Below are positions 1-10,512 of a stretch of DNA of 64,000 bases, one piece after another. The notes under the pieces are model-generated. The model was not told the origin of the DNA, searched no databases, and saw only the letters and a program-made list of their open reading frames with translations. This DNA is from an uncultured candidate division Zixibacteria bacterium. Its GTDB lineage: Bacteria; Zixibacteria; MSB-5A5; RBG-16-43-9. Location of the stretch: positions 1,152,001 to 1,216,000 of the forward strand of contig OY970208.1 of the NCBI GenBank assembly GCA_963713865.1, written 5' to 3'. Position 1 is the first letter of the stretch. The number at the start of each line of letters is the position of its first letter. Both the position numbers and the translations under genes were made by a program.

Positions 1-1
1 T

Positions 2-571
2 ATCCTTTCACCGGCATTAAGCTGGAAGATAACCCCGAAGCTCGGACTTTTTCAGGAATACCAGATTCAGGCAAATTATATTTCTTACGATTTTCAAAAA
101 GAGACCGAGAGTAACCAGAACAAGATCTTCAGGCGGGCTTCGACTTTTACCCGGCTGAGTTACATTCCCTATAGAAGGTTAGAAGGGGAGTTCAGCTATC
201 TTTATAAATTTGAGGATTTTGGCCAGCTACTATGGAAAGACGAATGGGTGAGAAGGCCTGGCTGGGAAAGGAAAACCCAGGGGTTTGGCCTGGCTTTGAG
301 GTATAAACCGACCAAGAGTTTGATTTTTTCATCTGAATATAACTACGAGAAAAGAAAGGAATGGAAGATCTACCTGGATTTGCCTACCGGAAAAGAAAAG
401 AAGGTTTACAGTTACAAATTCTATAGAAATTTGCTCACTTTTTCCTTAGATTATATGACAGATGACAGGAATTATTTGAAGCTCTTGTGGACCATAAGAG
501 CTCAGAAGGAGATGGAACAAAAAGAAGAATTATCTAATTTCATAACCATCTCCCTGGGAAGGAACTGGTGA
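2..571 (+). CDS. 3' part of a probable outer-membrane beta-barrel protein (truncated by window start)
   Basis: Frame of ORF 248..571 is open from base 2; aromatic-rich alternating beta-strand pattern; ends ITISLGRNW (C-terminal aromatic typical of OMPs). Confidence 0.55.
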   Translation: MLSPALSWKITPKLGLFQEYQIQANYISYDFQKETESNQNKIFRRASTFTRLSYIPYRRLEGEFSYLYKFEDFGQLLWKDEWVRRPGWERKTQGFGLALRYKPTKSLIFSSEYNYEKRKEWKIYLDLPTGKEKKVYSYKFYRNLLTFSLDYMTDDRNYLKLLWTIRAQKEMEQKEELSNFITISLGRNW

Positions 572-575
572 AAAT

Positions 576-1178
576 ATGATAAGAAGATATTTATGGATTA
601 CATTAATGGCGGGATTAATACTCTTCAGCTGTAAAAATCCTTTTAAAATTAGGTCTTCTCCTGCACCTTCAGGTCCGAGGGGAACTTTTAATCCTCCCAC
701 TGCACCGGAGATTGTCCTCCAGAACCTGTATTATGCTTATACTGAGAAGATCATCGACAACTACCTTTCCTGCTTTTCCGATTCTTTTATCTTCTCTGCG
801 CCTGAGGATTCCTTAGAGGCAATATCCCAGAACCGGCCTGATCTTTTCTGGAACTGGAATTTATCAGTGGAAAGGAATGTTACCAATGCGCTTTTCAATC
901 TCTATACTTCAGGCTCGAAGAGGTCGGTTATCCTTCTGAGCAAAAACCCTGATCAGGCGGATATATCAGGTGATTCCAGTGCTGTACTTTACCGGAATTA
1001 TACCATTTATTTATACGATTTTAGCCTGAACGAACCTTTGATCGGAACGGCTCAGGGAAACTCCACTTTCTATTTAAGGGAGTCTTCGTACGATTTCTGG
1101 AATATATATTTCTGGGAAGACCGTCCCCTTTTAACTGGAGGATTTGACTGGGCGGATTTAAAAGCTCAATTTAGGTAA
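576..1178 (+). CDS. Lipoprotein, probable NTF2/SnoaL-like fold
   Basis: Signal peptide with lipobox LFSC; shares motifs with next ORF (VLQNL.YAY...YL.CF...F.F and C-terminal W.I..W.D). Confidence 0.65.
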   Translation: MIRRYLWITLMAGLILFSCKNPFKIRSSPAPSGPRGTFNPPTAPEIVLQNLYYAYTEKIIDNYLSCFSDSFIFSAPEDSLEAISQNRPDLFWNWNLSVERNVTNALFNLYTSGSKRSVILLSKNPDQADISGDSSAVLYRNYTIYLYDFSLNEPLIGTAQGNSTFYLRESSYDFWNIYFWEDRPLLTGGFDWADLKAQFR

Positions 1179-1184
1179 TGGAAG

Positions 1185-1736
1185 ATGGTAAAAAAGTCTT
1201 TTTTATTGATTATCTTAATTTTATTTTCAGGATTAGCCTGTTATAACCCGTTCTCACCTCCGGTGGTTGGTCCGGGATTTATGGTACCGATTGCCCTGCA
1301 GACTGACCCGGACAGCGTTTTACAGAATTTTAAATATGCTTATGAGTACAGGGATATTATCACTTATGAAAACTGTCTGGACAAGCAATTTGTTTTCTAC
1401 TACATTGATCAGGATAACCAGACTGGGGAGATAAGAGAGTGGCCTGTTTCACGGGACGATGATATTGACAGGACAAAGGGGGTTTTCAAGGTTTTCGATG
1501 ATATCCGCTTTGAGACCTGGGAGGTTTTTCCTCTTCCCTCAGAATACGATTCTTCATTTCAGGAGGAAAGGAAAGTAAGGCAGGTAAATTTCCATCTGGT
1601 TCTGAGAGATATCGACGGGGACTTTAATTACGAACACCTGGAAGCAACCGGATTTGCACTGTTTAAATTCAGAAGGTCCGAGGATGGTTACTGGCGGATA
1701 GTTTACTGGAAGGATAATTCCATTCAAGGTTTTTAG
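1185..1736 (+). CDS. Lipoprotein, paralog of upstream ORF
   Basis: Lipobox GLAC; PDSVLQNFKYAY...YENCLD..FVF; WRIVYWKD. Confidence 0.65.
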   Translation: MVKKSFLLIILILFSGLACYNPFSPPVVGPGFMVPIALQTDPDSVLQNFKYAYEYRDIITYENCLDKQFVFYYIDQDNQTGEIREWPVSRDDDIDRTKGVFKVFDDIRFETWEVFPLPSEYDSSFQEERKVRQVNFHLVLRDIDGDFNYEHLEATGFALFKFRRSEDGYWRIVYWKDNSIQGF

Positions 1737-1784
1737 AGTTTAAAGTCCGTCTAAGTAGGATATTATATATAGAGAGGAGAGTTT

Positions 1785-2504
1785 ATGATTAAATTGAGCG
1801 TTAATATCGATCACGTGGCTACCTTAAGGGAGGCAAGAAAATCTTTTGAACCGGACCCAGTTGCGGCGGCAATAATGGCAGAATTAGCCGGAGCAGATGG
1901 GATCACGATTCATTTGAGGCAGGATCGCCGTCATATAAAAGACAGGGATTTAAAAATTTTGAGAGAAGTTGTGAAAACCAGCTTGAATTTAGAGATGGCA
2001 TCTGTTCAGGAGATGTTGGAAAAAGCTTTAGAGATCAAACCGGATATGGCAACTTTAGTGCCTGAGAAGGAAGGGGAGATAACCACAGAAGGGGGATTAA
2101 ATGTGCAGGATAACTTCGATAACTTATCCCAGATTATACCCCGGCTACAGATTAACGGGATTTTAGTCAGCCTTTTCGTTAATCCGGAGATAGAGTCGAT
2201 AAAAGCTGCTGCCAAGCTTAAAACCGATTTTGTGGAGATAAATACGGCTAAATATTCAGATGCTAAGAACTTAGGCGAGAAGATTGAGGAGCTGGAAAAA
2301 ATAGAGAGTATGGTGGAGTTAGCCTACAGGCTGAATTTAGGGATCAATGCCGGGCATGGATTGAATTACAAAAATATCGTGGATATAGTAAAGATAAAAC
2401 ATATAGACGAGTTCTCCATTGGGCATTCGATTGTAGCCCGGGCAGTCTTAGTTGGTTTTGAAAGAGCGGTGAAGGAGATGTTAGAGCTGGTTAAAGAAGG
2501 TTAA
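1785..2504 (+). CDS. pdxJ: Pyridoxine 5'-phosphate synthase
   Basis: VNIDHVATLR, GADGITIHLRQDRRHI, NAGHGL, SIGHSIV motifs; GAGGAG RBS. Confidence 0.97.
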   Translation: MIKLSVNIDHVATLREARKSFEPDPVAAAIMAELAGADGITIHLRQDRRHIKDRDLKILREVVKTSLNLEMASVQEMLEKALEIKPDMATLVPEKEGEITTEGGLNVQDNFDNLSQIIPRLQINGILVSLFVNPEIESIKAAAKLKTDFVEINTAKYSDAKNLGEKIEELEKIESMVELAYRLNLGINAGHGLNYKNIVDIVKIKHIDEFSIGHSIVARAVLVGFERAVKEMLELVKEG

Positions 2505-2655
2505 TAAATTTGTAGGGACGTTCAATTGAACGCTCTTACCTACTACACCTTCGTACGGAAATTGGAATTCCCGTCCGGGAATGATGAGTATATGCAGATC
2601 TATTCGGATATAAGCATGTTATATACCATTTCCTTAAAGCAAAGGAGATAAGAAT

Positions 2656-3018
2656 ATGACTCAGATCTTACTTTATTTATTCCTGGGCTTAATAGCCGGG
2701 ATTATTAGTGGACTTATTGGTATTGGTGGAGGGGTAATCATTGTCCCGGCATTAATCTTTATGTTTGGTTTGTCCCAGCATCAGGCACAAGGAACTACAT
2801 TGGCATTATTAGTTCCTCCAATTGGTTTGCTTGCTGCATGGACATATTATAAGCAAGGGTACGTAGACTTGAGAATAGCACTTTTTGTTTGTTTGGGTTT
2901 CTTCTTGGGTGGATTATTTGGTGCCAAGATAGCAACCTCATTATCAAGCGAAGTTTTAGAAAAGGTATTCGGGATAGCGTTACTGTTGATTGCATTGAAG
3001 ATGATATTCATTAAATGA
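2656..3018 (+). CDS. Half-size TauE/SafE (TSUP) family membrane protein
   Basis: GLIGIGGGVIIVPAL and AQGTTLA motifs; 4 hydrophobic segments; AAGGAG RBS. Confidence 0.85.
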   Translation: MTQILLYLFLGLIAGIISGLIGIGGGVIIVPALIFMFGLSQHQAQGTTLALLVPPIGLLAAWTYYKQGYVDLRIALFVCLGFFLGGLFGAKIATSLSSEVLEKVFGIALLLIALKMIFIK

Positions 3019-3090
3019 GAAAACAACGTGTAAAAGCATGTTCTTTTCTGTTCTGTCAGGAGCTACTCCTAACAGTTAATAAAATATGAG

Positions 3091-3567
3091 ATGACTGATT
3101 CTGAAGGCGCAAGGCTGGCGAGATTTTCTGAAGCAGTAAGGGAATCCAGTTTAAAGCGATTACGTTTAGTTCCAGAAAGAACTGAGAACTGGCGTCCTGC
3201 ACCTAAGGCTATGAGCTTTGCTGATATTTCTCAGCATCTGATCAATGCAGATAATTGGTTATTCAAGATGTTAGACCTGAAGAACTTGAAACCTATAGCA
3301 GGTAAGCCTGGCCTGGTGGAAGTAATCCATCGCAGCCAATATCTTAAACTGCTTGACCAACTAAGGCAAACAGGGGTTCATCGTAGTCAATTACTTGAGA
3401 GCATCACCTCTGATCAACTTTCAGAGATGATTTTTGATCACCGTTATGGAAAAGAGGTCAGCGTTTGGTGGATCATCGTTCGTGGTAATTTAGATCACGA
3501 AATACATCACAGGGGACAGATAGCGACATATTTAAGGATTCTCGACAGGTCAAACATTTCTTTTTAA
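3091..3567 (+). CDS. DinB family protein
   Basis: WRP...MSF....HL and HEIHHRGQIATYLR motifs. Confidence 0.88.
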   Translation: MTDSEGARLARFSEAVRESSLKRLRLVPERTENWRPAPKAMSFADISQHLINADNWLFKMLDLKNLKPIAGKPGLVEVIHRSQYLKLLDQLRQTGVHRSQLLESITSDQLSEMIFDHRYGKEVSVWWIIVRGNLDHEIHHRGQIATYLRILDRSNISF

Positions 3568-3648
3568 TACAATGAACAGGCAGGATGCCTGTTCTACCGC
3601 TGTTTAAAGAGATTGTCGGCATATTTAATAATTTACCAGGAGGTAAAG

Positions 3649-5235
3649 ATGCATAGTAGATATATAATCGTTTTTATCTTGCTCACAATACTTTTGTCAA
3701 GTTTAAGCAATGCTGGAGTAGAAAAACTTTCTTATCCGAAAGAGGTGACTGCGGTTCTTGATTCTTCGGGTGCTAATCACACTGATCTGGAAAAGATCCT
3801 GTCGCATTATTCAAATGCCAAAGATTCACTTAAACTGAAAGCTGCATATTTTTTGATTTCTAATATGGAAGGGCACAGCTATATGAAGTATGCTCTCAAA
3901 GATTCTACCGAAAAGGAGATTGATTTTAATCCTCTTGATTATCCTGATTACAATACTCTGGAATCTGCATTTGACACTTTAAAATCCAGATACGGTGAGC
4001 TTGATTTCAAAAAGAAAGAAGAAATTTTCGACCTGGATACCATCACCGCTGATTTTTTGATTAACCAGATCGATTATGCTTTCAGAGCCTGGGGTGAAAA
4101 GCCCTGGGCAAAGAACCTTTCCTTTGAAAATTTTCGCGAGTATGTGCTCCCTTATCGCGGGAGCAATGAACCTTTGGAGAACTGGCGTGAAGTATTCTGG
4201 GAAAAGTACAATGATATTAAAAATAAAATGACAGAACCTTCTAATCCGGTTGAAGCGGCCAGATTGATCAATGATGATGTCAAGTCCTGGTTTTCGTTCG
4301 ACCCGCGTTTTTATTATCATCCAACTGACCAGGGATTGTCCGAGATGCTTAAGAATAAACTGGGGAGATGCGAAGATATGACCAACCTGACGATCTATGC
4401 TATGAGAGCTAATGGACTGGCAGTTACCAGTGACTATACACCAGTTTGGGCAGATTTCGGGAATAACCATGCCTGGAATGCCATTGTCACCCCGGACGGC
4501 AGGGTGATACCATTTATGGGGGCTGAAGCCAATCCGGGTGAATATCGTCTTGCCCATAAGCCGGCTAAGGTTTATCGCAAGATGTTTGGCAAACAGGAAG
4601 AGAATCTTATCTTTCAAAAAAGGAAACAGGAGAAGATACCCGGCTGGCTTGCAGGTAAAAATTACTTAGATGTTACCGCAGAGTATGAAGATGTTTGTAA
4701 TATAACCATACCGTTCAAACGAGAAATTCCCGATTCAGTTGATGTCGCCTATCTCTGTGTTTTCAATGACGGTGAATGGAAACCGATTCACTGGGGCTGG
4801 ATCAAAAACGGCGAGGTGGTATTCACCGATATGGGCAGAGAGATTGCATATCTTCCAGCACTTTACCTCGACGAAAAAGTAGTCCCTTTTGGGACACCTT
4901 TTATTCTTCAAAAAGACTGCACAATCCGGGAGCTAGAACCTGAACCCCTGAAAACAATATCAGTTAAACTGTTTGCTGTAGCTCAGCCAAAACAGGAAAT
5001 TTCAACTGGGGGGATTGAAAAAACTTTTCTTACTCCTGGGAAGGCGTATGAACTATATTTCTGGAAAGATGAATGGAAACTTTTAGGAAGTTCAGTTGCC
5101 AGCGAGAAACCCCTTGTTTCCGAAAAAGTTCCTGCAGGTTCTCTTTACTGGCTGGTTCCCGAAGGTTCTGATAAAGAAGAGGAGAGGATTTTTACAATCG
5201 AAGATGGGAAGCAGGTTCTGGTGGTGATTTTGTAG
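3649..5235 (+). CDS. Exported transglutaminase-like domain protein (true end probably ...DGKQVWW* at 5227)
   Basis: Start moved to ATG 3649 after CAGGAGG; signal peptide; EYVLPYR, G.CEDM (Cys), NHAWN (His); extra T at 5215-5221 probably alters the last codons. Confidence 0.8.
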   Translation: MHSRYIIVFILLTILLSSLSNAGVEKLSYPKEVTAVLDSSGANHTDLEKILSHYSNAKDSLKLKAAYFLISNMEGHSYMKYALKDSTEKEIDFNPLDYPDYNTLESAFDTLKSRYGELDFKKKEEIFDLDTITADFLINQIDYAFRAWGEKPWAKNLSFENFREYVLPYRGSNEPLENWREVFWEKYNDIKNKMTEPSNPVEAARLINDDVKSWFSFDPRFYYHPTDQGLSEMLKNKLGRCEDMTNLTIYAMRANGLAVTSDYTPVWADFGNNHAWNAIVTPDGRVIPFMGAEANPGEYRLAHKPAKVYRKMFGKQEENLIFQKRKQEKIPGWLAGKNYLDVTAEYEDVCNITIPFKREIPDSVDVAYLCVFNDGEWKPIHWGWIKNGEVVFTDMGREIAYLPALYLDEKVVPFGTPFILQKDCTIRELEPEPLKTISVKLFAVAQPKQEISTGGIEKTFLTPGKAYELYFWKDEWKLLGSSVASEKPLVSEKVPAGSLYWLVPEGSDKEEERIFTIEDGKQVLVVIL

Positions 5236-5270
5236 GTTGGGTAGCTACCCAACCTACAGTTGTTATATTT

Positions 5271-5347
5271 GTAGTGCGACCCTTTTAGGATCGCCCAAGC
5301 GAGGCTGAAAGCCTCGCACTACGAAATGCATCATCACGGATGATGCA
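5271..5347. repeat. Two REP-like palindromes (family A GTAGTGCGACC...GCCTCGCACTAC; family B TGCATCATC.CGGATGATGCA) between convergent genes
   Basis: Related copies near 34900-34950, 42200-42262, 51035-51190, 52295-52322, 63354-63456. Confidence 0.8.
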
Positions 5348-5362
5348 CTCTCCATAGAATAA

Positions 5363-7975
5363 TTAATCTTTTTTGCCCACCACGGCTAAAACATAATTTT
5401 TAGTATCCAGATATTTTTGTGCGACTTCTTGAACCTTCTCTATGGTTACAGCTCTTATTTTCTCAAGATAGTTTTCATCATAATCATAACCCAGACCCAA
5501 GAATTCATTTACTCCCATATAATAAGCCTGATTTATCCGTGAAAGCCGGTAAAAAAGTAAATTTCCCCATAAGGAATTTTTTGCTCTTTCCAGCTCTTTT
5601 TCCGTAACGGGATTTTCTTTTAACTGATTTATCTCATTTAAGATTCCATCCAGAGCATCCTTGTAATTTTTTGGTTTGGTTCCGATTGAGGCTATAAACC
5701 AGCCAAAGTCTTTATCGAAATTTACTGAAGAACCAATTGAATATGCCAGCCCTTTTTTTTCTCTCAAATTCAATCCCAATCTGGTAGATAAGATAGAGTT
5801 TGCTACCTCCAAAGCTGGTGCATCAGGATTGTTTAATCCTGGCAGGAGGTTCCCCAAGTAAATATATACCTGCTCCTTCTTCATCTCTTTTTTAACTTCT
5901 ACGGGCGAGGTTATCATTTTGGGTTGAGGGATAGAAGGTGAGCTGAAATCTTCTGGAGGTAAATCTCCGAAATTGCTTTTTATTAAAGTTAAAACTTTAT
6001 CTGGTGGGAGGCTGGTAACTACAGTTAAAATCATATTTTTGGGTGAATAGAATTTCTTATGAAACTCTACCAAATCGTTTTGAGTTATGGAATTGATGGT
6101 GTTCTCATCTCCCAGGATAGTTTTACCATAAGGATGATCCTTGAAAATCTCTGAATAGAAAAGGTTTTTGCAGGTCTGGGAGGTTGACTCGTTCTCCCTT
6201 TTGACAATGCTCAACATCTCCTTTCTGGTTTTCTCAACTTCTTCAGTCGGGAATCTGGAATTTTTCACCAGATCGGATAAAAGCTCAACCCCCTGCAGAG
6301 CGAATTCATCCAGGGTCTCGAAGCGGATGAAAGAGTATAGCCGGGAAGTATAAATATCATCATAGGGAATATTAGGGTCATCTGTTAATTTCAGTTCAGC
6401 ACCGATGGAAGCAAGCTCCTGCGTGATCTGTTCAGGATTTCTCCTGGAAGTTCCTTTGACTAACATCCGGTTGATGAAATCGACTATCCCGGTCTTGTCT
6501 TCAGGCTCTGATAAAGAGCGGTTTTTCCCCAGTATATTTAAAGCAAAGACCTTCGAATCAGGGTTGGAGCGGATTATAACCTCTAAGCCATTGGGTAAGA
6601 TTTCTTTTAAATATTTTGATTTGGGTGAGGAAGTTTCAGGATCCTTTTTCTTTTCCTCCTTCGGTGTTATAACTGTACCTTTGTATACTGGATTGGAGAA
6701 GTATCTTTTAGCTGCAGTTTGAATTTTTCCAGGAGTGACTTTTTCCAGATTCGGGATATAGGATTCCAAAAATTCATATCCACAATTGACTAAAACTGGA
6801 GCTATCATCATCCCGTAAATGTAGAGCTTCTCCTCCTGATAATATTGATTGGCTTTGGTGGAGACGATTATATTTTTAAGGGTGGTTGGATCCAGTTTCG
6901 TTCTGGTTAAGCCTTTTAGGGTTTCGGTCGTTGTTGCAATTATCTTTTCCACTTTTTGTGGGGAGTCGGTTATTATGGAAAAATTCAAAGCTGAAAACTC
7001 TTTCTGGGTTTCTAAGGATACGGATAAATCGGTTATCAGAGGTTCTTTATCTTCGGGCAAAGCTTTGTAAAGCGGAGAGGTTGGCCCTGAACTTAAAACC
7101 TGAGTTAAAAGGTCAAAAGCGAAATAGTCCGGATCAGAAAAATGAGGGACTTTAAAGGAAAGGTTAACATAGCAGTTTTTAGTTTCTGCTTCTTTATATT
7201 TGATTATGCTCTTTTCAGGTGGATTAAGGATTATCTTTTCTGTAGCGGGTAGAGGTTGAACCGGGATGTTGCCGAAATATTTTTCAACTAAAGCAAGCAT
7301 CTTCTCGGTCTCGAAATCGCCTATCATAAGGGCTATCATATTGTTCGGCTTGTAATAGGTTTGGTAATACCGGATTATCTCGTCCCTGGGGATGGTGGCG
7401 ATGATATTCTCATAACCGATTACCGGACGGGCATAGGGAGTACCAGCATAAACCTGGGAGTCAAAGAATTTTTCCACCTGGTAGTCGATATTATCCTCGT
7501 CCTTTTTTATCTCCTCAATTACGATATTTCTTTCTTTGGCGAGCTCGGAATCCGGAAAGATGGAATTGAAGAGCATATCTGACTGGATATCCAGACCATC
7601 TTCGATAAAATCCTTGGGTAGTATCACCAGATAACAAGTTAGCTCTTTACGGGTGAAAGCATTGAAAAAAGAGGAGCCTTTGCTTTTCATCCCTTCGGAT
7701 ATTTCCTCTCTGGTTCTTCTCTTGGTTCCGTCAAAAAGAAGATGCTCTAAAAGATGGGTTACCCCGTTATTGTAATCGGTCTCATATTTGCTGCCAGCAT
7801 TAACATAAATCATCGAGGTAATAACCGGGTTGGCATGTTTTTCTTTGAGGATGACTTTCATTCCATTGGATAAGGTGAATATAGAGGCTTCTTTTTCTTC
7901 TAATTCCTGAGAGAACAGTCCTTGAACAGAAAATAGCGTTAAAACCAACGCTATGACAACAATCCTATTAAACAT
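5363..7975 (-). CDS. Exported M16 (pitrilysin/PqqL-like) zinc peptidase, two-module
   Basis: HLLEH inverted zinc motif, NAFT, second inactive half with LREKKGLAY; signal peptide; AAGGAGG RBS. Confidence 0.93.
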   Translation of the reverse strand: MFNRIVVIALVLTLFSVQGLFSQELEEKEASIFTLSNGMKVILKEKHANPVITSMIYVNAGSKYETDYNNGVTHLLEHLLFDGTKRRTREEISEGMKSKGSSFFNAFTRKELTCYLVILPKDFIEDGLDIQSDMLFNSIFPDSELAKERNIVIEEIKKDEDNIDYQVEKFFDSQVYAGTPYARPVIGYENIIATIPRDEIIRYYQTYYKPNNMIALMIGDFETEKMLALVEKYFGNIPVQPLPATEKIILNPPEKSIIKYKEAETKNCYVNLSFKVPHFSDPDYFAFDLLTQVLSSGPTSPLYKALPEDKEPLITDLSVSLETQKEFSALNFSIITDSPQKVEKIIATTTETLKGLTRTKLDPTTLKNIIVSTKANQYYQEEKLYIYGMMIAPVLVNCGYEFLESYIPNLEKVTPGKIQTAAKRYFSNPVYKGTVITPKEEKKKDPETSSPKSKYLKEILPNGLEVIIRSNPDSKVFALNILGKNRSLSEPEDKTGIVDFINRMLVKGTSRRNPEQITQELASIGAELKLTDDPNIPYDDIYTSRLYSFIRFETLDEFALQGVELLSDLVKNSRFPTEEVEKTRKEMLSIVKRENESTSQTCKNLFYSEIFKDHPYGKTILGDENTINSITQNDLVEFHKKFYSPKNMILTVVTSLPPDKVLTLIKSNFGDLPPEDFSSPSIPQPKMITSPVEVKKEMKKEQVYIYLGNLLPGLNNPDAPALEVANSILSTRLGLNLREKKGLAYSIGSSVNFDKDFGWFIASIGTKPKNYKDALDGILNEINQLKENPVTEKELERAKNSLWGNLLFYRLSRINQAYYMGVNEFLGLGYDYDENYLEKIRAVTIEKVQEVAQKYLDTKNYVLAVVGKKD

Positions 7976-8164
7976 AAAAATCCTCCTTTAAAACGTTTAG
8001 AAGAATTACGTTGAACAAACAAAAATTGTCAAGAAGTTTTATAGTTTTTTGCTGTAAGGACAGAATCCAATTGAGACGGATTCTGTCCCTACATATCAAA
8101 AAAATAACCTTGTTTATCCCCTTTGAAGTCATTATTATTTAACTTGAATTGAGATGGAGGAGTT

Positions 8165-10327
8165 ATGTTCAAAAAAATCTTTTTTACTTTTTTGTTTCTA
8201 TCTTTTTTGTCTTTAAACTCTTTTGCGGATGAGGGGATGTGGCTCTTAGATTCGATTGATAAGCTGCCGATCGATAGTCTAAAAGCTCGAGGATTAAAGT
8301 TGAGTCCAGTTGAAATCTATAATCCAGAAGGGGGCGGGATTTCAGATGCGGTGGTTCAGATCGGCGCAACCTCTTCTTTTGTATCTCCGGAAGGGTTGAT
8401 TATCACCAATCACCACGTTGCTTTTGGAGCTATCCAGAGACAGAGCACACCGGAGCATAATTATGTTAGAGATGGTTTTTATGCAAAGACCAGAGAAGAG
8501 GAGATACCGGCTATCGGGACAAATGTCTATATCACCAAATCCTTTCAGGATGTAACGGATAGAGTTTTAAAAGTGGTAAATGAAAAGATGAGCGATTTAG
8601 AAAGGTATAAGGCGATTGAAAAGATTACAAAAATAATCATAAAAGAATGCGAAAAAGGTGAAGAGATAAAATGCAGGCTCGCAAGTACGTATGAGGGGAA
8701 AGAGTATTATCTGTTTACTTCTTTCAAAATCCGGGATGTAAGACTGGTATTTGCCCCGCCTCGCTCCATCGGGGATTACGGCGGAGAAATAGATAACTGG
8801 ATGTGGCCCAGGCATGCGGGCGATTTCTCTATTTTACGTGCTTATGTTGCTCCAGATGGAAAGTCGGCTGAATATTCCAAAGAGAATGTCCCATATAATT
8901 CAAAAACTTATCTAAAAATTTCCTCTGCAGGAGTAAAAGAGGGGGATTTTGTTATGCTTATTGGTTTTCCGGGTACGACCAGGAGGTATGAAAGCTCTTT
9001 TTTTATCGATAATATGGTGAATCATGATTATCCTCAGGATATTAAAACCCGACTGGATTTGATTTCGATTTTAGAGAAATCATCAGCAGAAGACTCTTCT
9101 GTTGCCCTAAGGTTATCCTCCAGGATTAAAGGTTTATATAATTATCTGAAAAAGAATCAGGGGATGTTAGACGGGTTCAAAAAGTTTGGTCTTTTATCAA
9201 AAAAGATGGAAGAAGAGAAATTACTGACTGAGTTTTTAAATAAAAATCCAGAGCTTGAGACAAAATACGGGCAGGTACTTTCGGAACTGGATAGTCTATA
9301 TCAGGAACATAAAAAATTTCAGGATAAGGAGTTTCTTATGGACTGGATGACCTCTTATACTGATTTTCTCGATTTCGCCTCTACCATCTATAAATGGAGT
9401 TTAGAAAAAGAGAAAAAAGATTTCGATAGAGAACCGGGGTATCAAAACCGTGATACCTCAGAAATAAAAGAATCGTTAAAAGAAGCCCAGATCAATTTGG
9501 TCCCTTCTACCGATAAAAAAGTTTTAACCTACTTCTTGAAAAAGGCACTTGAACTCCCAACTGGTCAGAAGATTCTGGCAATAGAGAAAATTTTTACGGG
9601 GAAGGAAAAACAGGACAAAGAGAAAATAATAGAAAATTTCGTTTCTTATCTATATCAGAACACAAAGCTCGGTTCAATTGAAGATCGATTAAAGATGTTA
9701 AGTATGAGCAGAAAGGAATTAGAGAAGCAAGGTGATTGGTATATCGATTTTGCCAGGGATTTAGAAGTAGAAAGAGAGGAGATAAGGATAAGAAACAAGG
9801 AGTTCTCTGGTGCTCTAAAAAGATTACAGCCCAAACTGATTCAGGCTTATGCTGAGTGGAAAAAAAGGAAGTTATACCCGGATGCTAACGGCACTATCCG
9901 TTTTAACTACGGCGAGGTTAAAGGGTATAGTCCAGAAGATGCAGTTGATTATAAATATATAACCACGCTCTCCGGGGTTATGGAGAAAAATACCAGTGAG
10001 GAGCCTTTTGATGCTCCAAAAGAGCTTCAGGATGTCTATAATAAAAAAGATTTTGGCTCATATTTTAATAAAACGCTTGGAGATGTCCCAATAGATTTCC
10101 TTTCTACCAACGATATCACCAATGGAAATTCCGGCAGTCCGGTGATGAATGGCAAGGGGGAATTGGTTGGCTTGGCTTTTGACGGGAATTACGAAGCGAT
10201 GACCTCAGATTACGAGTTCGACCCTAAGATAACCCGTGCAATTAATGTAGATATCCGCTATGTTCTTTTTCTTTTGGATAAAGTGTATCATGCAGAGGGG
10301 TTGCTGAAAGAGCTTACCATTCGGTAA
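8165..10327 (+). CDS. S46 family dipeptidyl peptidase (DPP7/DPP11-like)
   Basis: ADEGMW, TNHHV, DNWMWPRH.GDF, DITNGNSGSPV, GLAFDGN motifs. Confidence 0.95.
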   Translation: MFKKIFFTFLFLSFLSLNSFADEGMWLLDSIDKLPIDSLKARGLKLSPVEIYNPEGGGISDAVVQIGATSSFVSPEGLIITNHHVAFGAIQRQSTPEHNYVRDGFYAKTREEEIPAIGTNVYITKSFQDVTDRVLKVVNEKMSDLERYKAIEKITKIIIKECEKGEEIKCRLASTYEGKEYYLFTSFKIRDVRLVFAPPRSIGDYGGEIDNWMWPRHAGDFSILRAYVAPDGKSAEYSKENVPYNSKTYLKISSAGVKEGDFVMLIGFPGTTRRYESSFFIDNMVNHDYPQDIKTRLDLISILEKSSAEDSSVALRLSSRIKGLYNYLKKNQGMLDGFKKFGLLSKKMEEEKLLTEFLNKNPELETKYGQVLSELDSLYQEHKKFQDKEFLMDWMTSYTDFLDFASTIYKWSLEKEKKDFDREPGYQNRDTSEIKESLKEAQINLVPSTDKKVLTYFLKKALELPTGQKILAIEKIFTGKEKQDKEKIIENFVSYLYQNTKLGSIEDRLKMLSMSRKELEKQGDWYIDFARDLEVEREEIRIRNKEFSGALKRLQPKLIQAYAEWKKRKLYPDANGTIRFNYGEVKGYSPEDAVDYKYITTLSGVMEKNTSEEPFDAPKELQDVYNKKDFGSYFNKTLGDVPIDFLSTNDITNGNSGSPVMNGKGELVGLAFDGNYEAMTSDYEFDPKITRAINVDIRYVLFLLDKVYHAEGLLKELTIR

Positions 10328-10512
10328 TATGGAGCGAATCCCGTCATAGACGGAAATCACTCCAAAATCTGCATACCCACGTTGCCCACAGCGTGGGTTA
10401 TTATTAGCAGGGGCACGTTGTCCCGCCAAAGGCGGGATGCCCCTGACACACCTTTAGTATTGATAAATTCTTCCGATAAAATATAAGTAACCAATTATTG
10501 AGGAGTTATTTT

